A program made the translations under genes and the position numbers. A stretch of DNA of 64,000 nt from Fibrobacteria bacterium (GTDB lineage Bacteria > Fibrobacterota > Fibrobacteria > UBA11236). Of the stretch, positions 48,229 through 57,513 are shown piece after piece. The notes below the pieces were generated by a model, which was not told where the DNA came from, ran no database searches, and saw nothing but the letters and a program-made list of their open reading frames with translations. How positions within the stretch are numbered: position 1 is the stretch's first letter; every line of letters begins with the position of its first letter. The DNA lies in assembly GCA_050486505.1 (NCBI GenBank), contig JBJHDK010000002.1, positions 1,292 through 65,291 on the forward strand. Direction: 5' to 3'.

Positions 48229-48696
48229 ATGGAAATGGATATCGGATTGGCCAAAAAAGACCGCCAAAAGATTGCAACGGGGCTGTCGCGCGTTCTGGCG
48301 GACAGCTATACCCTCTATCTCAAAACGCACAATTTCCATTGGAATGTGACCGGGCCGATGTTCCAGACTCTCCATCTGATGTTCGAGACGCATTATACCG
48401 AACTTGCCGTGGCGGTGGACGACATCGCGGAGCGCATTCGCGCCTTGGGGCACCCCGCACCCGGAACCTACAAGGCGTTCGAAAAACTCTCTTCGATTCC
48501 GATGGAGGACGGCGTACCGAAGGCGACTGACATGATCCGCTCGCTGGTCAAGGGCCACGAGGCTGTGGCAAAAACCGCCCGCACCGCCTTCGTTGACGCG
48601 GATGCCGCTGGCGACGAGCCCACGGCCGACCTCCTGACCCAACGCATGCAGGTGCATGAGAAGACCGCGTGGATGCTCCGCAGCCTGCTGGAATAA
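48229..48696 (+). CDS. dps: DNA starvation/stationary phase protection protein Dps
   Basis: Ferritin-like ferroxidase residues (HWNVTG...HLMFE); the stop TAA lies inside the first repeat unit. Confidence 0.95.
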   Translation: MEMDIGLAKKDRQKIATGLSRVLADSYTLYLKTHNFHWNVTGPMFQTLHLMFETHYTELAVAVDDIAERIRALGHPAPGTYKAFEKLSSIPMEDGVPKATDMIRSLVKGHEAVAKTARTAFVDADAAGDEPTADLLTQRMQVHEKTAWMLRSLLE

Positions 48697-48843
48697 TTAC
48701 GAATTAAGAATTACGAATTTAACGCAGATGTCGCTGCCGCATGAAGAGTCCGTGCGCCATGCAAACGTGAATCGCCGAAGTCCGAGTTCAAGACGCCGCC
48801 CTTCATTCGTAATTCGTAATTCGTAATTCTTAATTCTTATCGC
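48691..48843. repeat. Heptamer-repeat inverted-repeat element, copy C: arms TAATTAC GAATTAA GAATTAC GAATTTA (48694-48721) and GTAATTC x3 TTAATTC TTATCGC (48809-48843), 87-bp core
   Basis: Arms are inverted complements; the dps stop (48694-96) and the hldE stop (48837-39) each fall inside an arm. Confidence 0.8.
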
Positions 48844-50288
48844 CTGCGAATCTTCTCAATGATCCCGGTGGTCGAAAGCCCCGGGATTTTTTCGACCACG
48901 TGAATGCGGCCGCCATGGCTGCGCACGAGCGGCGCCTCGATGCAGTCGGTACCGTACTCGGAGCCGTTCACGTGCACGTCGGGCCTGACTTCGTCGAGAA
49001 ACGGCATCGGCTCCTCCTCGTCGAAGACATGCACATAGTCCACGCAGCGCAAGGCGAGCAGCATGCGCGCCCGTTCCGCCTCGGGCACAAGCGGGCGATC
49101 CGCCGACTTGTAGCGCTTCACTGAGGCGTCGCTGTTGAGACCGACGATCAGCACGTCACCCTGACGCTTCGCTTCTTCAAGGATGTGAAGGTGTCCCGCG
49201 TGCAGCAGGTCGAAGGATCCGTTCACGGTCACGATGCGCTTCGCCTGCTTGCGCAGCAGCATCGCAAGCGCAGCCAGGCCCGCACGCTCGACCAGCCGGG
49301 TTCCGTTCAATGAATCCTGCAGCAACTCCTCGCGGGTGACGGTCGCGGTTCCCAGTTTTCCGACCACGATCCCTGCTGCGCGGTTCGCAAATTCTGCGGC
49401 GTCGCGGATCGATAACTTCGCGGAAATTCCGAGGACGAACGCCGCAGCGACCGTGTCCCCGGCCCCCGAGACATCGAAGATCTCCCGCGCCGATGTCGGC
49501 AGGCGAAAGCTTTCGCCGGAATCCCGGTCGAAGAATGCAAGGCCTTCGGGCCCCAAGGTCAATAACACGTGCGACGCGAACCGCTTTCGGAGGGCATCCC
49601 CTGCCGCCGACACCTTTTCGGGGGATGCTTCGCAGGCATCCCACCCCAGAAGCCCGAGCGACTCCTTCCAGTTGGGCGTCACGTAGTCGACTCCCCGATA
49701 GCGCGAACCATGCTGCGGACGCGGATCGACCAGCACCGGAATGCCGGCGCCCCGCGCGACCTCGAGGATTGCACGCGCGAGTTCTTCCGTGAAGACCCCC
49801 TTGGCATAGTCGGAGACCACGATCGCGCGCGCATCCGACAGGTGGCGGCGCGCGGACGCCAGGATCGCACCTGCCAGTTCCGATGAAATTTCCGTCGTGT
49901 CCTCGCGGTCGAGGCGAAGCAATTGCTGTCGCTGCCCGACCAGCCGTGTTTTGGTCAACGTCGGCCGGCCATCATCGAAGGCCTCCAGCCCGATGTTCGA
50001 GGCCGCGCACAACGCATCGAAAGTGATCCCGGCAACGTCACGTGCATTTCGCAGGGTGAAAAGCACTGGTTCCCCGCCCAAGGACGCGATGTTCGCGGCC
50101 GTGTTCGCGGCACCCCCCAGTACCTGCCGGGTCTTCCCGGGGTCAACCCGCAAGATGGGAACAGGGGCCTCCGGAGAAAGACGCGAGCAGTCGCCGGTGA
50201 GATATTCATCCACCATGCTGTCGCCCAGCACAAGAATTTTCGCTCCCCTGATGCGGGTCAGCGCGTCGCGCATGTCCATGGGGGTCAA
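48837..50288 (-). CDS. hldE: Bifunctional D-glycero-beta-D-manno-heptose-7-phosphate kinase / heptose-1-phosphate adenylyltransferase
   Basis: N-terminal ribokinase-like domain plus C-terminal cytidylyltransferase-like domain (GSFDLLHAGH). Confidence 0.9.
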   Translation of the reverse strand: MTPMDMRDALTRIRGAKILVLGDSMVDEYLTGDCSRLSPEAPVPILRVDPGKTRQVLGGAANTAANIASLGGEPVLFTLRNARDVAGITFDALCAASNIGLEAFDDGRPTLTKTRLVGQRQQLLRLDREDTTEISSELAGAILASARRHLSDARAIVVSDYAKGVFTEELARAILEVARGAGIPVLVDPRPQHGSRYRGVDYVTPNWKESLGLLGWDACEASPEKVSAAGDALRKRFASHVLLTLGPEGLAFFDRDSGESFRLPTSAREIFDVSGAGDTVAAAFVLGISAKLSIRDAAEFANRAAGIVVGKLGTATVTREELLQDSLNGTRLVERAGLAALAMLLRKQAKRIVTVNGSFDLLHAGHLHILEEAKRQGDVLIVGLNSDASVKRYKSADRPLVPEAERARMLLALRCVDYVHVFDEEEPMPFLDEVRPDVHVNGSEYGTDCIEAPLVRSHGGRIHVVEKIPGLSTTGIIEKIRRR

Positions 50289-50358
50289 TTCTATGAAAAT
50301 TCGAAGCGCCGGACCCCACGAACCGCGATGTTTCGGCTGTAACTACATTCCGCCGACG

Positions 50359-50832
50359 ATGTTGCGGATGAACCATCGCTTGCGTGCCGGCGGAGTTGCG
50401 TGGGGAATTTGCCTCCTCTACGTGCTTTTCCTGTTCGCGCCGCGCTTCGAGCTGTTCTCCCACGTCCATGAGCATGGGGATCGCCCCCATCATCACGGTT
50501 TCCTGAGCGCGCACGACGCGGTCTTGCAACAAACCGTGCGCGCCCTCGGGGAGGCACCTGCACCGAAGGGTTCTTCCGGGGCGGGATCCGCCTCCGCAAA
50601 CGCCCTCCTGCCCCTCGAGGCGGGCGTCGCCGGAGTGGCCCCCCAAAAGGGCATCGTGCATTCCCACTACCAGGAAGACCCCAATCTTCTGGGGCTGGGA
50701 AGCGATCCCTCCCGGATTCCGGAGGCGCGGGTGTTCCCGCCCGCCGTTCCGCCGGCGGAGCGCCCTGCCGCCACCGCGCATGTCGCGGCCACGGCGCGCG
50801 CGCCACCGTCCCCCGCTGCCGCGGTCGCCTGA
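50359..50832 (+). CDS. His-rich small membrane protein, hypothetical
   Basis: One TM helix followed by HVHEHGDRPHHHGF; sits upstream of a lipoprotein-TonB receptor unit; weak. Confidence 0.3.
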   Translation: MLRMNHRLRAGGVAWGICLLYVLFLFAPRFELFSHVHEHGDRPHHHGFLSAHDAVLQQTVRALGEAPAPKGSSGAGSASANALLPLEAGVAGVAPQKGIVHSHYQEDPNLLGLGSDPSRIPEARVFPPAVPPAERPAATAHVAATARAPPSPAAAVA

Positions 50833-50908
50833 CGACCTCGAGCGACGTCCCGAACGCGCCTCCGATCGGAGTACGCGTGACCCATGCCATCCTTCCAGGA
50901 GAACCGAG

Positions 50909-51679
50909 ATGCCCCTCTCGATCCGCAGGCCCGTCCTGTTCCATCGCTTCGTGCCCTTCGCCGCGGCTTGGGCGCTCGCCCTCGCGGGCTGCGCCACCGA
51001 TGCCGACGTGCGTCCGCGCAACGGAGTCATCGACTTCCACATCGCCGCGGGAAACGCCGGTTTCACCACCCGCCTCGGTGCGGATTCCCTCGTCTGGAAC
51101 CTCGACGCCGCCCTCGCCACCGTGGGCGAAATCGGCATCCACTGGGAACGGCTTCTCGCCAAGCCGGCGCACGACGTCCCCGGAGGCAGGCCTTCGCCCA
51201 AGATCTACGAGTATTTCGCCGTTGATTTGTTGCGGACACAGGCATTGCAAACCATCGCGGTCCCCGCGGCGATCTACGACCACGTCCACATGATTTTCCG
51301 GCCGGCGAGTGAAACAACCCGCGGCATCGACTCGCTGCCGGCCTTGCTGGGGCACAGCCTGTATTTCTCGGGAACCGTCACGGATGGAATCGACACATTG
51401 CCGTTCCGCGTCGAAATCGACAGCACGTATCGCGAGAACGACCTCGGGGATGCCGTCTTCAGCCTCCAGGTCCTTGCGGACCAACGCTATCGCATGTTCC
51501 TGGCTCCGGAGCTGGATCTCTGGTTCTCCGGAATCCTGCGCGGCGACCTTGTGCCCACGGCGGGGGACACCGTCGTCATCCGCCACGACAACGCAAACCG
51601 GCCCGCCGCGCTCAAGCTCGAAACCCGTTACACCCTGGACAACGCCTTCGGCGTGATGGTGGAAGCGCATGCGCCTTGA
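50909..51679 (+). CDS. Hypothetical lipoprotein (partner of TonB-dependent receptor)
   Basis: Lipobox LALAGC; overlaps the receptor start by 11 nt. Confidence 0.55.
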   Translation: MPLSIRRPVLFHRFVPFAAAWALALAGCATDADVRPRNGVIDFHIAAGNAGFTTRLGADSLVWNLDAALATVGEIGIHWERLLAKPAHDVPGGRPSPKIYEYFAVDLLRTQALQTIAVPAAIYDHVHMIFRPASETTRGIDSLPALLGHSLYFSGTVTDGIDTLPFRVEIDSTYRENDLGDAVFSLQVLADQRYRMFLAPELDLWFSGILRGDLVPTAGDTVVIRHDNANRPAALKLETRYTLDNAFGVMVEAHAP

Positions 51680-53792
51680 CCTCGCATGCTTCCGGGACGT
51701 CTTCGAGCGCCTGACCCTCGCCGTGGGATTCCTCGCCATCTCTGCGATGGCGGCGGGAGCACACCCATCCGCAGCAGCGGAAGATACCACCGGTGCCGAC
51801 CTGGAATTCGAACCGCATACGGTGACCGGCCGGGAACGCGACACCACGGCATCAAGGCCCTACCGGACACGCGTCACGGATCGCGGGGATCTGGATCGCG
51901 CTGTTTCCAACAACATCCTCGACGTGCTCGACCGGCAACCCGGACTCTTCAAGCAAATCGACTGTTCCGTCTGCAACACCGCGCAGATCCGGCTGCTGGG
52001 GTTGAACGGAGCCTACACCCAGGTGCTCGTCGACGGCGTCCCGTCCCATACCGGGCTCTCCATGATCCACGGCATCGAGCAAATTCCCCTCGCCAACATC
52101 GAACGCATCGAGGTAATCCAGGGCGTGGGCAGCGTGCGGCACGGCGGCAACGCCGTCGCGGGCATCATCAACATCGTCACCGCCCGACCCGGCCCGGTGC
52201 CCGAGGCCAACGTCTCCGTGCGGTACGGCGACTCCAACGAGCAGGACTACCAGGCATCCTATTCGGGTATGCATGGCGGCAAGGGCGTGCAGTTTTCCTT
52301 CGCCAAGCACTCGAGCCCGCAAATCAATTCCGACGGCAACCACGTGTACGATGTCGCGGAATTCGACCGCTCCACCTTCTCGGGGCGGTTGTCCGTGCCT
52401 TTGGGAAGCCGGGTTTCCCTCTTCTACGCCTTTCAGGCGGGAAGCGAGGAACGATTCGGGGGGACCGTGTCCAGTTCACGCCGCTGGATAGGGGACTTTC
52501 AACCCGAGTCCACCTTCACCGACGGGTTCGGCCAGACCGTGACGCAGCCATTGATTTATCAGGAGTACGTGCAAAGCCGCCGCGTGAGCTACGAGACCGG
52601 ATACACCGCGCATCTTGATGGCGGACTCGTGCAAAGTTCCCGCATCAACTTCACCGAGCACTACCAGAACGGGTATTACGGTTATCAACACTTGGAAGCC
52701 AAGCAGCGCCTGTTGTTCGTTGAGAACGATTGGACCTGGTACCGGCCCCGGCACGAAATTTCCCTGGGTGCATCCTACCAGGACGATTCCTTCCGCGACA
52801 ACCGCTCGCTCGGAAATCACTCCCACCGCGTGCCCGCGCTCTATGCACAGGACATCTGGAATCCCGCAGACGATTGGCGCGTGCTGGCGGGCGTCCGCGG
52901 CGATTTCCACAACGTGCATGGGCTGCTGTTTTCTCCGCGCGCGGGCCTCCACTACGGAGGCATCCCCGAGCTCGGCTTGCGCATCAACGCGGGCGCAGGC
53001 TTCCGCACCTTCAACCTCTTCAGCGAGGATCACGCCGCCGTCACCACTGCGCTCTACGTTCCGGACCCACTGGACGGACTCGATGCCGAGCGCTCTTGGT
53101 CGGTCGTGACGGGAGCGGAATGGTTCCCCCTCGCCCGCACAAACACCTTGTGGAACGTCGTGCTTGATGCCTCCGCTTACCAGACCTGGATCACCGGGTT
53201 CATCCAGCCGCGCTACCTGCCGGAGTTCACCGTGGATGGACGACAGCGCGTGCGCTACGAGAATCTTGACGGCCGCACCGTCGCGCGCGGCCTGCAGCTG
53301 ACCGGGGAATTGACGTCTCCGTTCGGCCTGGAGTTCGACGGGGGAATCAACCTGCTCGACAATTACAACACGCGAAGCGGGGAACAGACGCGACTTTACA
53401 ACACGCCGCGCCACACGGCTTCACTGGCCGCATCGCAAACCTTCGCGCGCACGGGTACGACCCTGCTGGCCGATGCAGCGCATGTCGGTCCGCAACGACT
53501 GCGCGAAGTACGCTTCGGCCCTCCGCCGGAGAGCGGGCCCGACGACGGCCTCGTGCAACCGGAGCGCGAGTCGGAATCCTATCGGATTTTCAATGCCGGA
53601 ATCGAGCAACGATTGGGAGCCTTCGTGGCCTCGCTCTCGGTGCGCAACATCGGGGATTTTTACCAGGCCCGGCGCGAACCCGTGTTTTACTCACACGAAT
53701 ACAACGTCATCACCAACTCCGTATTCGCCCCCCTCAAGGGGCGATCCATCCACCTTGGAATACGCGGCCGGTTTCAGGCCGGAAACTTTTAG
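51669..53792 (+). CDS. TonB-dependent outer-membrane receptor
   Basis: Plug (IERIEVIQG...) and 22-strand barrel; C-terminal ...RFQAGNF ending in Phe. Confidence 0.85.
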   Translation: MRLDLACFRDVFERLTLAVGFLAISAMAAGAHPSAAAEDTTGADLEFEPHTVTGRERDTTASRPYRTRVTDRGDLDRAVSNNILDVLDRQPGLFKQIDCSVCNTAQIRLLGLNGAYTQVLVDGVPSHTGLSMIHGIEQIPLANIERIEVIQGVGSVRHGGNAVAGIINIVTARPGPVPEANVSVRYGDSNEQDYQASYSGMHGGKGVQFSFAKHSSPQINSDGNHVYDVAEFDRSTFSGRLSVPLGSRVSLFYAFQAGSEERFGGTVSSSRRWIGDFQPESTFTDGFGQTVTQPLIYQEYVQSRRVSYETGYTAHLDGGLVQSSRINFTEHYQNGYYGYQHLEAKQRLLFVENDWTWYRPRHEISLGASYQDDSFRDNRSLGNHSHRVPALYAQDIWNPADDWRVLAGVRGDFHNVHGLLFSPRAGLHYGGIPELGLRINAGAGFRTFNLFSEDHAAVTTALYVPDPLDGLDAERSWSVVTGAEWFPLARTNTLWNVVLDASAYQTWITGFIQPRYLPEFTVDGRQRVRYENLDGRTVARGLQLTGELTSPFGLEFDGGINLLDNYNTRSGEQTRLYNTPRHTASLAASQTFARTGTTLLADAAHVGPQRLREVRFGPPPESGPDDGLVQPERESESYRIFNAGIEQRLGAFVASLSVRNIGDFYQARREPVFYSHEYNVITNSVFAPLKGRSIHLGIRGRFQAGNF

Positions 53793-53867
53793 CGACACCC
53801 CTGTTCACCCCACCCGAAAGGACAACCCGTGACAGACGCGCATCCAACCCGAACGAAAGGGAAAGAC

Positions 53868-54749
53868 ATGGCACAGACCCCTCGAAATACATGGTCGCTG
53901 ACCACAATGACAATGGCATCGGCATTCGCATTGGCGCTTGCCGGATGCTTCAGCACCGACAACAAGAAGGAAGACGGTCCCGGTACCATCGAATTCCGCA
54001 TTCAGGGTGAAGACATTCCGTACCACAATCTTCTCGGTGAGGACGACCTCGGTTATGTGTACGCGGATTCGGCCACCATCGAGTATGCGTACATGATCGT
54101 GCGCTCGCCGAAGTTGAACCCCGCGGGACACGGCCACCATCACTCGCTCGCGAAGACCGGTGCGACGCTACATTCGGGTGTCAACCTTCCCGGTTTCTTC
54201 GCGGTCGATTTGCTGCAGGGGGCGACGCTCGGTACGGTTGAGGGCGTGGATCCGGGAAACTACGGGATCAACCCGGAGATCACGATCTATCCGGCCAATG
54301 CTTCGGAGCGGGCGGGAGACAACATGACGGATTTCAACGAAGCGCTGGCGCAGATCCCCGAGGGGTACTCTTTCCGGTTCGGCGGGATGTTGTACATGAA
54401 GGACACGGCCGTGGGCGCGGTGCGCTATGAGGTCCGCCAAAACGTCGCGGGCATCGTCTCGATCGAGGAGTTCCCCCCGGATGGGGGCGACGGCACGCCC
54501 CTCGTCGTGAGGCCCGGCAAAACCCTCGTGGCCAGCTTCCATCCGCACATCGATCATGCGCTGGAAGTGCTTGCGGATGAAAACCAACTGGATTGGGCGT
54601 CGTTGGAGATGTCGGGAGACACCGTGGTTTTTTCCCCCGCGACGAACAACCTCGTCCTGGTCGGTAGTGACAGCGTGAATATTTATCAGGCGCTCGAGGG
54701 CAAGATCAAGCAGGGCGACCACTGGGATGTAAACGTCATTCCGGATTGA
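53868..54749 (+). CDS. Hypothetical lipoprotein
   Basis: Lipobox LALAGC; contains a HGHHH stretch; immediately downstream of the receptor. Confidence 0.55.
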   Translation: MAQTPRNTWSLTTMTMASAFALALAGCFSTDNKKEDGPGTIEFRIQGEDIPYHNLLGEDDLGYVYADSATIEYAYMIVRSPKLNPAGHGHHHSLAKTGATLHSGVNLPGFFAVDLLQGATLGTVEGVDPGNYGINPEITIYPANASERAGDNMTDFNEALAQIPEGYSFRFGGMLYMKDTAVGAVRYEVRQNVAGIVSIEEFPPDGGDGTPLVVRPGKTLVASFHPHIDHALEVLADENQLDWASLEMSGDTVVFSPATNNLVLVGSDSVNIYQALEGKIKQGDHWDVNVIPD

Positions 54750-54783
54750 ACGTCCCCGGATGGCGGCGCGGCTCTCGACTGGC

Positions 54784-55794
54784 CTACAGGGCCAACCGCC
54801 GTGCCAATGCAAGGAGCTCGCGATCGAGCTCCTTTTTCTTTCCGACCGCGTCGGCGAAGGGGACGAGTACCATCTCGCCGCCCGCCTCGCCGGCCATCTT
54901 GCCCGTCTCGCCCGCCATCGCGGAGCGTACCGCATACGCGCCGAGGCGCGTGGCAAGCAAGCGATCGCGCGCGGTGGGGGAGCCGCCGCGCTGCATGTGC
55001 CCAAGCACCGACACGCGATAGTCGTCGCCGGTGATTTTTCGCATTTCCTCGGCAAGCGCGGGTGCGCCGCCGGGGAAGGCTCCTTCGGCGACCACGACGA
55101 TGCTGCTCGTCTTGCCCGCCTTGCGGCCCCGATGCAGGCGATCGCATGTCGCCTTGAGGTCAACCGGATCCTCGGGAACAAGCACCTCTTCGGCGCCGCC
55201 GCACAGCGCGACCTGCAGCGCGATGAAGCCGGCGTGCCGACCCATCACCTCGACGAGGAAGTAGCGCTCGTGCGATTCGGCCGTGTCGCGGATCTTGTCG
55301 ATGGCCTCGAGCGCGGTGGTCACCGCAGTATCGTAGCCGATCGTTTCCTCGGTGCCATACAAGTCGTTGTCGATGGTCCCGGGAAGCCCGAGCACGATGC
55401 CGTCCCAAACCTCCTGCAGGGCCATGCACCCCGTCAGCGTTCCGTTCCCGCCGATGGCGATCAAGGCGTCGACGGCATGGGCGCGGAGGGTTTCCGCTGC
55501 GCTTGCCAGCCCCTCGGGGGTTCCGAACTCCGGGCAGCGCGAGGTGCGTAGCACCGTACCGCCGCGCTGCACGATGTTGGAGACGTCGCGCGGCCCCAAA
55601 GGATGCAATTCTTCCTTCAGCAAGCCGTAGTATCCGCGCTGAACCCCAAGGACAACATGCCCCAGCGAACAGGCTTCGCGCACCACGCCGCGCACCGCGG
55701 CATTCATTCCGGGGGCATCCCCCCCGCTGGTCAGGACTGCGAATCGTAGATGTGCCATGGCGAAAGAGTAAGCATTTCGCGCTTTCACCGACAT
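54784..55794 (-). CDS. pfkA: ATP-dependent 6-phosphofructokinase
   Basis: GGDAPGMNAA, GGNGT and MGR catalytic blocks. Confidence 0.9.
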   Translation of the reverse strand: MSVKARNAYSFAMAHLRFAVLTSGGDAPGMNAAVRGVVREACSLGHVVLGVQRGYYGLLKEELHPLGPRDVSNIVQRGGTVLRTSRCPEFGTPEGLASAAETLRAHAVDALIAIGGNGTLTGCMALQEVWDGIVLGLPGTIDNDLYGTEETIGYDTAVTTALEAIDKIRDTAESHERYFLVEVMGRHAGFIALQVALCGGAEEVLVPEDPVDLKATCDRLHRGRKAGKTSSIVVVAEGAFPGGAPALAEEMRKITGDDYRVSVLGHMQRGGSPTARDRLLATRLGAYAVRSAMAGETGKMAGEAGGEMVLVPFADAVGKKKELDRELLALARRLAL

Positions 55795-55894
55795 CTTCCC
55801 GAATTCACGCGCCGGATTGCAAGCCCTGCCTTATCTTAACCTTTGCCGGCCGCATGCAGCGGCGCGCGAAAGCACCGGACATCAAGGAGGCTCC

Positions 55895-56341
55895 ATGAGT
55901 GGACTCGTCGATCTCGGAAACCGCATCCTGAACATTGCACCATCCTGGTCCTGGCTGCCGCCCCTGCTGGCGCGTATCGCGATGGGCTGGGTATTTATCA
56001 CTTCGGGTCTCGGAAAGCTGCAAAACCTCGACAGGGTCACCGGCTTTTTCAACAGCCTCGGAATTCCGGCTCCCGGAGCGATGGCTCCTTTCGTCGGCAC
56101 GGTCGAACTTGTTGCCGGCGTGCTTCTGATCGCGGGACTCGCGACACGCCTCTCGGCCATTCCTCTCGTCATCATCATGGTCGTCGCGCTCCTGACCGCA
56201 ATCGGCCCGAGTGTCGAAGGACTGCGCGGGCTGTTCGGCACACAGGAATTTCTGTACGTCATCATGCTGATCTGGCTCATGGTCGCGGGCCCGGGCCCCG
56301 TCTCCATCGATTCGAAGGTATCCGGCAAATACCGAAGCTGA
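55895..56341 (+). CDS. DoxX family membrane protein
   Basis: Four TM helices, about 150 aa, DoxX-like. Confidence 0.75.
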   Translation: MSGLVDLGNRILNIAPSWSWLPPLLARIAMGWVFITSGLGKLQNLDRVTGFFNSLGIPAPGAMAPFVGTVELVAGVLLIAGLATRLSAIPLVIIMVVALLTAIGPSVEGLRGLFGTQEFLYVIMLIWLMVAGPGPVSIDSKVSGKYRS

Positions 56342-56463
56342 GAGGATCACCATCCACGCTTCCAGGAGCCGCCCCACCAGGGCGGCTTTTTTCTGCGTGT
56401 CCCGGCAAAATCCCCGAAAATCGCGCGGGTTGGCGAAGCCGACCCCCACCTCCAAAAAACCAC

Positions 56464-56489
56464 TTGACATTGAATTAGAATCATTCTAA
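56464..56489 (+). promoter_or_regulatory. Putative promoter (-35 TTGACA) overlapping a 7-1-7 inverted repeat TTAGAATcATTCTAA (PerR/Fur-box-like)
   Basis: Perfect 7-1-7 palindrome with the same geometry as Per boxes; ends 3 nt before the ATG of the Fur-family gene, suggesting leaderless autoregulated transcription. Confidence 0.55.
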
Positions 56490-56492
56490 ACT

Positions 56493-56909
56493 ATGGGCAT
56501 GGCACCGCTTCTCACCAAGCACCGCGAGACGATCCTCACCGTGGTTCAGTCCAGCAAGGACCACCCCACGGCGCGGCAGGTTTTCGAGCGTTCCCTGAAA
56601 AAGGATCCGCGCTTGAGCATGGCGACGGTGTACAACTCCCTGAACTTCCTGACGAGCGGGGGCTACATCCGCCGCATGGAAGCGGGCGAGGAAGGAACGC
56701 GCTACGACGGAATCCTCGCACGGCATGACCACCTGATCTGCCGCCAGTGCGGCCACATCGAAGACGTGGACGTTCTTCCCTCGGACAAGGCGCGCGTCGC
56801 GTCCTTCCCGCATTTCCAGGTCGAAGAGGTCACGCTACGTGTGACGGGACTGTGCGCCTCTTGCCGCAAGCAGTCCCGTCAAGGCAATGGAACCGCAATC
56901 ACGCCCTGA
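56493..56909 (+). CDS. Fur family transcriptional regulator (PerR-like)
   Basis: Winged-helix N-domain plus CRQCGH....C.SC metal-site motifs; sits next to dps and ahpC. Confidence 0.85.
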   Translation: MGMAPLLTKHRETILTVVQSSKDHPTARQVFERSLKKDPRLSMATVYNSLNFLTSGGYIRRMEAGEEGTRYDGILARHDHLICRQCGHIEDVDVLPSDKARVASFPHFQVEEVTLRVTGLCASCRKQSRQGNGTAITP

Positions 56910-56926
56910 GTTTTTTTGGAATCACG

Positions 56927-56941
56927 TTAGAATTAGTCTAA
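56927..56941 (+). promoter_or_regulatory. Second Per-box-like 7-1-7 repeat TTAGAATtAGTCTAA upstream of dps paralog
   Basis: One mismatch from a perfect inverted repeat; 18 nt upstream of the dps2 start. Confidence 0.5.
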
Positions 56942-56958
56942 ATCAATTGGAGGTCCCC

Positions 56959-57435
56959 ATGAAAGCACCCACCATCCAGATCGGCATCAAGGAGGCGGAC
57001 CGCAAGAAGGTCGCCGAAGGGCTTTCCCGCGTGCTGGCCGACAGCTACACGCTTTACCTGAAAACGCACAACTTCCACTGGAACGTGACCGGTCCAATGT
57101 TCCAGACCTTGCACCTCATGTTCGAGGAGCAATACACGGAACTCGCCACGGCCGTGGACACCATCGCGGAGCGCATCCGCGCCCTCGGCTTCCCGGCCCC
57201 GGGAACCTACTCGGCATACGCGAAACTCTCCTCGATCTCAGAGGAAGAGGGCGTGCCCGAGGCGAAGGAAATGATCCGCTTGCTCGTGCAGGGAAACGAG
57301 GCCGTCGCCCGTACGGCGCGCGAAACCTTCCCCGCCGCGGAGAAGGCCGGAGACGAACCCACCGCCGACCTGCTGACCCAGCGCATGCAGGTCCACGAGA
57401 AAACCGCGTGGATGCTGCGGTCGCTGCTGGAATAG
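56959..57435 (+). CDS. dps: Dps paralog (about 75% aa identity to the copy at 48229)
   Basis: Nearly identical core and C-terminus to the first Dps; RBS GGAGG upstream. Confidence 0.95.
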   Translation: MKAPTIQIGIKEADRKKVAEGLSRVLADSYTLYLKTHNFHWNVTGPMFQTLHLMFEEQYTELATAVDTIAERIRALGFPAPGTYSAYAKLSSISEEEGVPEAKEMIRLLVQGNEAVARTARETFPAAEKAGDEPTADLLTQRMQVHEKTAWMLRSLLE

Positions 57436-57513
57436 ATGTGCAGGGGCGACGCATGCGTCGCCCTCAACAGAGAGCCAACCACACAGAGTCACCCAAACGA
57501 AAGGATCCATCAC

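Noticed and set aside
50291-51847. 518-aa minus-strand ORF
   Set aside because: The + strand in the same region encodes a lipobox protein and the signal-peptide start of a TonB receptor; the minus translation is Arg/Gly/Asp-rich low complexity.
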